Below are positions 51,406 through 62,230 of a stretch of DNA of 64,000 nt, in pieces. The first letter of the stretch is position 1. Each line of letters starts with the position of its first letter. The notes under the pieces were generated by a model, which was not told the origin of the DNA, searched no databases, and worked only from the letters and a program-made list of their open reading frames with translations. The stretch spans positions 13,826,001-13,890,000 of the forward strand of contig CP158635.1 in the NCBI GenBank assembly GCA_050273025.1, read 5' to 3'. This DNA is from Cenococcum geophilum (Eukaryota). Made by a program: the position numbers and the translations under genes.

Positions 51406-52859
51406 CGCACTATTTATTTATAGGGTAGCATTTTACCGCAATTTACTATTAGGTGTTGCAAATTTATTATAAAACACGCAAATTGCTGTTAGGGTGCTAC
51501 AAACTTGTTGCAAAACGTGCGTTTTGCGCAAATTGCTATCAACCATATCCACCTGCCGCAACCGTACGGTTTGTAGCAATTTGCCGCAAACCGCAACAAT
51601 AAGCCCCAAAAAAAATTTCCTGATGTTATAAGGATAGTAGCTTTCTCCTTATTATTATAATATAGGGTCTCCTCTCCTAGTCTGCTAATAGGAGGAAACT
51701 ATAGTAGGGCCTTTGGCTTCCCGTCCGCTATACACGCCTATTTTACTATCCTCTACATCCCTTTAGGGTTTTTTATTAACTTTTTAATAGTCTTCCTCTA
51801 TAGCTTATTAGCCTCTTATTAGATTGCCCTTTTCTTCTTATTCTATATAACTCTATAGTTAATCTAGTTAGGTATTAACTAAGAGACCTTCTACGCCCGG
51901 AAGGCCTATTAGGTTTCCTTTACTACTTCTATATATTCCTCTAACTATGCTTTAAAGGCTTACGGTAAGGGCCGCGCGTTAGGTACTATTTTTACTATAG
52001 TGTTCTTAATCGCCTAGTATATAGCCTCCGCTAATATATCTAGTTTATCTCTTATATCGCATAGGAGTCTATATAGGGGCTAGAGTTAGCCCTCTAGCTT
52101 ACTCTATACTACCTTCTAATTAGCCTTCTTCTATAGCGGTCTCCTAGGTAAGGGGGGCCCCTCTAGCGTCCCTACGTCCACCTCTATAATAATAGGAAAG
52201 TAGTTAGACCCTATATACCAGCGGTCTTATCTTTAACTCCATAGCAGCCTATTAGTAATCTAGGGGGAGGTAAATACTAGGTCTAGCGTGCTCCTTAACA
52301 TACCCTTTACCTATGTCTCTATGCCTACCTTAGTAGCTAGGCTTAGGCTAGCTGCCTCTATAGCGCAGATAAGGTCATCCGCCGCATTATCCACGTATAT
52401 TACTATTACACCCCCCTAGAAGGGGTGGTGTAGATTAAAATCACCTAATAGTATATATTCTCCTTTGGCCCTTAGCAGCTCTGGTAGTATATAGATACTA
52501 CTGTTTATCTATTAGGGGTTATAAATATTGTAAATTTGGATAGTCCTTTCGCAGCCCTCTAGCTTAATTATATATGCGTCCGCTAAGTGGTATATAGGCG
52601 CCCACTTATTTATATAGAAGCAGACCCTTATATTGCCTACTCCCGTATATACTAGGTAGTAAGATTTTGTGGTATGTGTTGTATTTCCTTAGTCCCTTCG
52701 CTATAGCTCCTAGATAGCTAATATATCCGGCTAGAAGTCCGCCTACTCCACCTCTTATAGGAAGTAGAGCAGTATGCTATTCCTACTGTTATTAGTGTTA
52801 TACTATATAATTATAAGTATTTTCCGGTGTCCTAATATAAGAGATCTATGCTAGCCTCT

Positions 52860-54260
52860 AAGTTAGCTAAGTTGGTGCCCTTTAGCGTCCGTTTACTTCC
52901 TTATAACGCAGTTTTGGAGTCTTTAGATACCTCTCTCCGGATCTAGGCTTTTGCTTCCACCTCTATATTAAACTCCGTATTTAGTAGGAGCTCCTAGGTT
53001 ATTAGGATTTAAATTAGGGCGTATATACTACTATATAGTGTTATTTAGGGTATTAATTAGAGGGTCCTCTGGCCTATTTCCTTCCTAAAATAATTAAAAG
53101 TCCGCGGCCGGCTAACCTTTTAGGGGGCTTCCTCTGCCTATATAGAGCTCTCTTATATAACTATCTCCTTTAGCTTCCTTTTCTTAGCTCGTTATAAGGC
53201 CTCCTTAATAGTAATCTTGTACTATAATTGTAATTGCTGTTTGCTTGTAGGTGCCTTATAGGTGCCTGCGTAGTGTATTAGCGTATAGGCCCTAATTACT
53301 GCAGCCTTCTCCTACTATATCCGCTTAATATTATACGCCCTATTCTATACCTTATAGTCTACTTTATAGTTAATGCACTTTTTAGATGGGTCTCCTGTAT
53401 ATTCGCTAGTATTATATTATTTAGCGCAGCGTCCGCATCTAGCTTCTCTCCTATAACTCTTAGCTATGTAGTTAAAGCCTTAGCATTTAAAGCACTATAT
53501 TACTAGAAACGTTGTCTCGTGCCTTATAACTAGGTAGTAGTCTCCTCCTAAGAAGAGGCCCCAATTAAATAGCGCATTTACTAACTCTTTTAACTATATA
53601 CCTATAATAAGTAACGATTTAACCTTTTATCCCGTTTGGACTCTTCCTAGCCTTTCTACTATAAGCCCCACTATAGTATAGTTCTGCTTTATTATATCTT
53701 CTATTATCTGCTTAGCCTCTAGGCCTTAGATAGCGAGGCTTGTATATACTGTATAGACCTCTACTAGTACTAGCGGAACAGCTAGTATAGTAGAGCGTCC
53801 AAGGACCTTTGTCTACTCTATTTCTTATAGCAACCTATCTTTTACGTCATTATCCGTGATATACGCCCTAATGTCACCGCTTCATAACTTCTTTACGGCT
53901 TATATTCTGTGGGTGTCTAGGGGTCCTATAGCCTAGAGTTTATATATTAGGGCTTAGCTATTCTGCTTTAAGGTTTCCTTACGGTCGGCGGCGTCGCCTA
54001 TGCGGATTATAATCTTATATACTTCTGTAGATTTGTAGGCAACTTATCTCATGGCTTAGGGCATTATAGGTATAGTAGCAGCGACGTGTACGTATGACAG
54101 CGGGCCTATAGACGTCGGTCCGCTCTTTATAACTATTGTTACGGCCTTTCTAAAGGCGCCAATATCTGTCTAGATTGCCTTTATATCCTAGGCATATTGC
54201 TCCTAGGTTCCTTAGGTCTAGATAAGCTCCGCTAATATAGTAAAGGCTGTTTGGAGGTTA
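52860..54260 (-). pseudogene. LINE-C ORF1 (gag-like, zinc knuckles), probably 5'-incomplete
   Basis: CFKC*GFNYIAKSY...RCGRCA ~53420-53495, and PLSYVHVAAT ~54080-54105. Confidence 0.78.
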
Positions 54261-54392
54261 TTAGACCTTATATTTTATATATAAAAAATTACCCTTTATA
54301 TTTAAAAGAACTAATATTATTAGCTTAAGAATATATATTTATACTTTAGACAACCTATATTTATTAACTAAGATCTAGTTTATTATCTACTA

Positions 54393-55359
54393 TAGGAGCT
54401 CTTACTACACCCGGCCTAAAAAGACTAAAACCAACTAAAAGAACCCTAAAAAACACCTAGAGAATCCCCTTAAGATATATATATCGCAGGGGAGGCACAC
54501 ATTAAGCGACAGTGGTTTATATTTATACACGTCCACTAGAACCACGCCTAGTAATAAACCTCTATAATTAGAATAGGCGAATACTATACTATAAAGCGGG
54601 AAGACCTCTATTAAGAAGGCATCTAATAAAATATAAAGCCTATTAAACGCGTTTAGTATCTATAGTTGCGGGGAAGTAACCGTTAGCTATAACGAACTAA
54701 TATAGCTAGTAGAATGGCTCCGCTAGTCTAGCGAACCTTAGGCGCCCCTTTAGCAAACCCTTAATTAAATCCTCTAACGGTTAAGCAAAATTAAAAATAA
54801 ATAAAACCCCTTTTTACTGGTAAACCGCACCTAGGATACTATAGCTACGCTTCTATAGTATAGGGTACTTACCCCCCTAAAGATAATAACTAGGTATATA
54901 ATTATAATATAACTAAATATAGAAAAAGCAGAGGGGTTTAGGGGATAATTAGAAACAGAAGTCCTTATAAAGATTTATAAAAAGGTCTATAATGCTATTA
55001 TAGTCCAACACCTTAGGAGCGGAGATATTAGAGTTACCCTAAGGGACTAATAGGCAAAGGAACGAGCCGTAAAGGTAGGGGATAGGCTAGGAGAACGTAT
55101 TAGTATAAAAGTGCTCTATAAAGACTACCTAGTTAAAGTCCTAGTGGTCCCCCTAAGCCTTAGGGTAGAAAAAGGACACTAGGCGGATAATACAGCAACT
55201 ATATATAAGATAGTAAAACAAACGGAACGCCTTATACTAAGACTTAAGATTTCCTTAATCTAATAGCTTTAATAGGAAAATGTAAACTAAGTATATAATA
55301 AGAATAATAAAAGGATATAAGGGTCGCTAGAGACTTGCTAGGGAGACGCTAGTTAAATA
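54393..55359 (+). mobile_element. LINE-B 5' portion, interrupted by an oppositely oriented LINE-B
   Basis: Homologous to 18948-19912. Ends abruptly at an (AAT)n tail. Confidence 0.9.
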
Positions 55360-58300
55360 TAATAATAATAATTCATTACTTAACGTCCGATTTAGATCCC
55401 TATTAGGCCTACGCGGACTACTCCTTATATATATATAGGGAGAAAACTCTATTTAAGAAAACCCCGTAATCCATCTCCCCGCCTTTTAGGACTCGCCTAT
55501 AAGGCGCCTATAAGGCGCCTGCGAGTCACCTATAGTGCTCCTTCTACCTTACTTTTTAACCTCTTTAGGAACCACTGCTGCCGTAACAAGCCTACGGATA
55601 CGCTAGTATCGTAAACTTTACTCTACTACTATAGAGTTATTAGGGGGCGCCCGTTACTTACCCCCCTACCCTCTATTACTATTTCCCTTATAACCTGGAA
55701 CTGGTTTAGTATATTTTAGCTAATAAGCTACTAGGTAACCGCCTTAAGGCCTTTTTATATTAAGAGCAGTGTATTATAGTTCTCTATACCAGCTACTAAA
55801 AGTATTACTTCTTAGTTAGTGCGTAAGGGGCATACCAGTATTATATATTTTAGTGTCTGTCTTAGCTAGCTATATTTACATCTTAGGCTACCTACTAGGA
55901 CACCTACCTAGTAGAGCCAGTCTTTTAGTCCTATTATTCCTATTCTTAAGAGTATCGCTATTATATTTTCTGCCTTTATTAGGCCTTCTTAGAGCCCTAA
56001 AGTATTTACCCCCTATAGCATTAACTATACTACAGCTTAGGTTCCTCTTGCCTTAGTTAGCCTCTATACCTTTAACTCCTATATGCCTCTCTAGCGTTAG
56101 TCTAACCAGTATTGTATTACGGTAGATAGTTTCCTAGCGTTCTTTTATACTATACTTTAGCTCCTTTCTCTCTCTTACTATTATCTTTACTAGCCTCTTA
56201 CGCGTTTTCCTTCCTCCTCTATATAGGCCTAGGCCCTAAAGCAGCACCATTCTTCTTCTACTTTCTTTACCTATTTCTCTAATATATCTTTCCTACTTTA
56301 GGGTTATTAGTTTATTCTTCTACGGGGCGCCCTAGGGTCCCTCCATAGTTTGTTTAGGCGTGTCTTAATATACTTTATAACATTAGAGTTACGTTTATTT
56401 TAGGCCTTTTATATTGCAGCGGCTTTAATATATAGTTATAGGGGGGGAATATTAGCTTCCTTCTTAAGAAGTGCTGTGGCCGTTTGCTTATATCCGCCTA
56501 TTATACTCTAAAGGCAGGCTATTTAGACCTTTTAGAGTGGTTTAAGGAGCGACTTAGGGGGGCCTTTCTCAGATTCTCTAATGGCCCAAATACTAGACCT
56601 ATATGTTATAGTTAGCCGGACAACTGCTGTATATAGTAGGCGTAACCTCTAGAAGCATAGGCCCTATATAGAATTGACGATTCTAGATAATATAATATAC
56701 TATACTTAGCCCTTATAGGCCGCTTACGCCGTATATACGCTCTACTGGAGCTTACTATCTTTTTATTTTTTTTATTTTTTTTATCCATTGTATTATACTA
56801 CGTACAATACTACGCATGCAGCCTTGGGCTATAGCGCTATAGTTCTATATACATAAATCCTTTCTAGGCAGCTTAATATATACTAGTAGCTATGTCCTAG
56901 TAGTTTATAAACCCCTAAGTTAGGAGTTTATAGTTTCCTAGTAAAATACTAAGATACTACAACTACTAGGGAATAAGAAAATGGTAAGAAAAACTATAGG
57001 AAATTCTAACCCCTGTCCCTATCCTTTTGCAATTTATTTCTGTCCTTTTGCTCTCTAATATCATTTTAAGAGCCTAGTAGGAGTTGCCTCCTTCTAAAAT
57101 CCTATCTGTTTTTATTCTTCCATAGAATCTTCTTCGCGTACTAGTTTAGCAGCTTTAAGAGTCTCGCAGTCTTTACTATTAGCAAAGTATTTTTCTTTAC
57201 AATTAATGCAAAAAGGGGTGGTATGCTGGTAAGGCTTGCCTGTTATTATACAGGTAGGACAGGAATAGTCTTTAGATAAATATACAGCCGTATAGTATCT
57301 GTAGGCCCTAGTAGAGCACCTATCTCCTATATGGCCAAATTTTTGGCAGCTCGTACACTGCGTAGTAGGAGAGACTTCAAGGTATTTTACTACCGTAGTA
57401 GCTGTACCTGCAATTAATATCTCTTTTTACTTAAGGATTTCTTATCTTTTTTCTTCGTTTTCTATAGTAAAAACTATAGAGCCGAATCTGGTCTGTGGAT
57501 TGTATCTTTTTATACTAGATAAGATCCATCTAGGTAGTCCTTGTATCCTTATAGGATTAAAGGTCTCAATTTCTTCTTTTAGAAGCTTAGAGCCTCCTTC
57601 TCCTAGGAAAGGTAGGGTAGGAACCCTATAGGCTATAATTTAAACCCATAGTTCTAGTTTTTGTTCTCTTTAAAAAGTAAAGTAATTATACCAGATTTCC
57701 TTGTATTTAACTAGGAAATCCGCATTGTACTCTTCTGTAGTTGTAAGAAGAATATTTTGTTTTCCTTTAGTTCTAGCTATAGATGCTAAAACAGGTTTTT
57801 CTACTTACAGTTTTAATGCAAATAGTTAATTGACTTTATTTCGTATAGAGAAGGTATTTAGAGGTTAGTCCTTTTGGTCTATAATAAGGACTATCTTCCT
57901 TTCTTATAGCTACTTTTTCTTACTTCTAGTAGAAGTAGAAGGGGTAGGAGATAGTGTTAGTAAGGAGGACAGGGGGGATGAGGAAGGGAGGTTCTTCTTT
58001 AGTCTCTCTGCGTAGGTTTCCTTAGTAGGAGCTACCTCCTTACGGAGAGCTCTTACTTCTTCGACTAATCTTTATAGGATATCTTTTGCCTTTTCTTTTC
58101 CTTTTATAAAGGGATTTTCTCCTGCTAGAATACTCCGTGTATAGTCCTCTAGCTATTTAACTTGTTCTTTTTCTTCTTCTTTTTCTTCTTCTTCTAGCCC
58201 TTTATAGGCCTATATTAGGCTTTCTAGGGCCTTTTATAGGTGTTGTTTAGGAGAAAGGGGAGGGAAAGATATACTAGGTATACCAGCCGTAAAAGTTATT

Positions 58301-61300
58301 AATTTTGTTGTCTTTTTTACAGGTTTTTGGTTTTCTTTTTCAGTAGAAGACTGAGGATGTCCTCGTTTTTCTCCTGTCCTAAATAGGCTAGGAGAAGGAG
58401 AAGGGGCAGAAAAAGTGAATGTAGTCGTAGACTTATTATTACTTATTTCTATAGGAGGTTTTTTTTATGCCTATTAGACTTTGGTATCTTATAGGGGGGT
58501 TTCCTAGTTTTTTTTTTCTACCCTTATACCTTTCTCCTTACTAATCCTACTAGAAGATTTCTGGGGAGATTAGGCTAAAAGGGAGTAGAAAGACTAGCCC
58601 CTATTGGTATTAGTATTGGTGGTAGTAGTAGTGGTTTTGGTGTTCCTGTCCGTGCCTCGCTTATAAGCTAGGACCACCCCTAGAGAAAATTTTCTGTTGG
58701 GATAAGGGGGTAAAATGACAAATAAATCCACCTCTAGCTCGCTAGGCGGTAGGAATTAGGTCTTGAAAGTTGGAAAATCAATTGTTTTTGATGGTAAGAT
58801 GGGTATGCGTAAGTTTTAGAGTGTGGCGCTACCTTTTGGTAAGGTTGCATGTGCGGTAAAGGTTTTGAGCTTACTATTTATCTATACTCCTAATACCCTT
58901 AGGCCCTAAACTAGTTAACCCCCAAAGCCTTAGATGCGGATTATATGCTAGAGATCTACAGATTAGTTGCGTTTTCTTATAAAATAGATTAGCTGGTATT
59001 TCTCTAGTGAGAATTAGACTCTATATCGTCTTGCCTATTCTATATAGGTATTATAAGCTTTCTCTAGCATTTTGCAATTCTCTATAGCTAATGGCCCGTA
59101 TATAATTAGGTTTATATTATTAATAAAGCCTATCCCCTAGGTTGCCCCTTCTTTAAAGGAGTTAAGCAGGTTGCTTATAAAGAAAAGGAAAAGTATAGGC
59201 GAGAGGGGTGATCCTTATAGTATTCCTGTTGTAACTGCGATAGGGGGGCTTTAGTATCTGCTAAAGACTAGTAATGTTCCTTTCTAACCTGTAAACCCTT
59301 AAATAAATTATATAATCTATTCTAGGAAGCCTTTTACCCTAAGGATATATAGGAGACGCTTGTGGGGTATATTGTTATAGGCGCCACTAATATCTAAGCT
59401 AAGCATTAATACTATAAAGTCCCTTTATATTGCCCATACAGATTTAATAATAGCAGTAAGTAGCGTAAGTGCTAATAGTGTTAAGCGGTTCTTTCTTACC
59501 CCTATTTAGCTTTATAGTAGTAGGGCGTATTCCTTAGCTATATCTACTATATGGTCTGCTATTACCTTTTCTAAAATCTTACTAAGGGTGTTTTTTAAGG
59601 CAATAGGGCGGTAGCTTTCTAGGATTAAGTAATCTACTTTACCTTCTTTTTATAGGATAACTATTATTATAGATCTTCTAAGTTATAGGTAGTAGCCTAT
59701 AGCAAAGCATGCTCTAGCTATATCTATAAGCTAGGGTGCTATAAATGGTCTATAGGTCTTTAAGGCCTTATTTAGAATCCTATCTAAACCTAGTGCTATA
59801 TTATTTAAAAGGCGGCTAATAGTTCTAGCCATTTCCTCTATTATTATATCGCTGTTAACCCGTAGGCAAGTTACCGGTACTTTACCCGTAATATTACTAA
59901 GGTCTACTAAAGCCGATTAGGGGAAGAACCTTTTTATAAGGATCTTTGCCTTCTTATCGTTATTATTAGTGGCCTATAATTCCCCTGCTCTTTATAGGGG
60001 TAGTAGGTATAAGTCTTCTACTAGTCGCCCTACCTTTTTCTTTACCTATTTTACTATAGCCTACAGGCCCTTATTATAGGGGAGGCTTGGGTTAAAAGTG
60101 TACTTATTTATAAATTATCTCCAGTTATTCCTTACTTCTTTTTTTAGGGTGTTCTTTAACTAGTTTCTTATATCTTTATATTATCTCTTATCTTTAAGGT
60201 TATAGCTACTTAAGTATTTCCTTTTTACTTATTATTGGCTAGCTATAAGAACCGCGTATTATATAAACTATACGTGTCGCGTATAGGGGCCCAGTCTTAA
60301 GACTAGGCAGTACTCTTTTAGCCCATTTTTAATTGCTGCCTAAATCCTTTCTGGTCTTTGGTTGATTTTCTTAGGGGTGGCTAATAAACCTCGCTCGTTT
60401 AGTATCGGGTGGATTTCTTCTAGGTCTTAAAGTTGTTATTTAACTATATTAAGAAAACTGTCTGCCTTAAGCATCCTTATTACGTATCTTTTACTATTTA
60501 GTTACGCCTTAATGTCTAAATCTAGCTATATCTAGATGGGGATATAGTCTAAAGTAAGTGCCTATTCTTCTTTAGGGTTATACCTTTTAAGTCTTTAGTA
60601 TAGGCCTTCGTCTATAAATATAAGGTTAATTATACTTTTAGCGGGTCCTTATTGCTATATAATTGCTCTAGGGGGGGTAGCTAGCTTAAGGCCCTAGGTA
60701 TCTATAGCTTTTAGTAGGCACTCTACCTATTATTTAGCAGTAACGTAGATACCCCCCTACCGCGGGTAGTAGAGGTTTATATCTCCTAATAGAATAAACT
60801 CTATACCTTTAGTTTTAAGTAAGCTTATTACTAATATAATATTCTCTGTTTATAGGACCCCTTTAACCCTAGGGTTATATATATTAATTATTTATACCGG
60901 TCCTCTATATATCTAAATTATTATAACTATAATATCTGGATTAACTGCTTGTTATAACTATAAGGATAGGCTAATAGTCTTACTAATTATAAAGCATACG
61001 CGTATAGCTGCTTTTAGTTTATATAGGAGCTGGAATCCTTAGGGCCAGTATGTTAATTATATATAGGTATTATAGTACGGCTCTTATATAGTAAGGATAT
61101 AGTATTTCTCTAGGTCTAGACTATCTAGTAAGGGCCTTATATAACGGTAGTTTGTATTACTATAGTTATACTATATAATAGATAGGTAGCGGACCCCTAG
61201 TAAGGGTGCTTCGCCTCTCTATTATTTCTTACTTCTTCTATTTCCACTTTCTCTAGGATATTTAAAACTTTTATCTCTTATATCTATACCCTAGTTACTA

Positions 61301-62230
61301 CTTATTTTATATAGAGCTTTCCATTCCCATGTCTTATGTTCCTACTAGCGCTTTTATATCTAAATCTAATATTATCTCTAGTTCTTCCCCTATTCTTACT
61401 GGTTAGCTATATACCCTTTAAGAGTTGGCTATAAATATTATATTTACCGCGTTAAGTCTAATTCTTAATTGTCCTAGTCTTAAGCTTACTATAGCTGTCT
61501 ATAAGGGTCTTCCTATAGGGCGTCCTCTCCCTTATATCCCCTGTAACCCTTATATCCCTATACGGTTTAGTAATATTACGCGGCGTCACTTCTAGCCCGT
61601 TAAGGCTTAGGATAGCTAGCCTAGCCCCCTAGTATTAAAGGTAGGAAACGCTAGAAAGGCACCTACGCCCCCCTAGCTTATCGCCTATTATTTCTATTCG
61701 TATAACCTAGCATACAGTTATTCCCGCAGCTGTTAAGCCCTTACCTTCCGTCTCCTATATTTAATGCAGTCTTCTCTCTCCTACGCCTTATATATACTTC
61801 GGTGGCAGTTTATACATTTTATTTAGTCTTAATTTAAGCAGTATCTTATATTGTAGGGGCCTATATAGTGGCCGTAGCATACCTGTGTTGCGCACGTAGA
61901 TTAAGTATGTCCCTATTATACGCAGTAATAATATTGTTTTAGGCGGAGTCTATAGTTATAGAGCCTTGCGTTATATATAAGGCTATTTATAATAATGCCT
62001 TTTTAAATAAGGAGTTTCTACATTTCTAGTGTATATATGCTAACAATAAGGGAGCTATGCATTTGACTCTAGCAAGTCTCTAGCAACCCTTATATTCTTT
62101 TATTATTCTTATTATATGCTTAGTTTGCATTTTTCTATTAAAGCTATTAGATTTAGGTAATCTCAAGTCTTAGTATAAGGCGTTCCGTTTGTTTTACTAT
62201 CTTATATATAGTTATTATATTATCCGCCTA
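55360..62230 (-). mobile_element. LINE-B, minus strand (tail to mid-ORF1), with nested ORF1-only element and TIR element B
   Basis: Reverse complement of the 18930-35840 copy without the copia insertions (contiguous at ~59560 and ~59275). Tail at 55360-55372. Confidence 0.92.
56761..58866 (-). mobile_element. ORF1-only non-LTR element, copy 4 (complete), with poly(A)-like tail and 13-bp TSD
   Basis: TSD GAGCTTACTAT(C/T)T at 56748-56760 and 58867-58879; the site is single-copy in the empty LINE-B at ~34432-34444. T-rich tail at 56761-56782. ORF at 58487-57112 ends ...EEDSMEE*. Confidence 0.92.

Larger units (their letters stand above)
48749..51625. mobile_element. Non-autonomous TIR DNA element, copy A (2877 bp), with minisatellite cargo
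   Basis: Ends are CATCAGGAAATTTTTTTTTGGG and CCCCAAAAAAAATTTCCTGATG. Removing the element plus a TT duplication restores the LINE-C frame (KATILIKQFFP). No transposase motifs. Confidence 0.9.
46744..52830 (-). pseudogene. LINE-C ORF2 (endonuclease-RT-CCHC), interrupted by the TIR element
   Basis: DILAI*EL* ~52715, LLGDFNLHHPF*GG ~52430, AYRPIALLNTIRKLL ~48410, LNISRAFN ~48200, RFVDNS ~47935, CGYS**STIYVVVFY ~46860. Confidence 0.9.
16095..54270 (-). mobile_element. LINE-C (second Tad1-like family) in three pieces: 16095-16601, 46744-48748, 51626-~54270
   Basis: A-rich tail at ~16095-16112. The pieces rejoin across TSD CTTAG (Gypsy-2) and TT (TIR element). The 5' boundary is uncertain. Confidence 0.85.

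Noticed and set aside
54270..54392. Mitochondrial insertion (NUMT)
   Set aside because: It is AT-rich, but I recognise no mitochondrial gene, and RIP alone explains the composition.
54393..62230. Twin-priming 5' inversion of a single LINE-B
   Set aside because: The junction is at the 3' (ATT)n tail and the two pieces overlap in ORF1 sequence. An independent insertion of one copy into another fits better.
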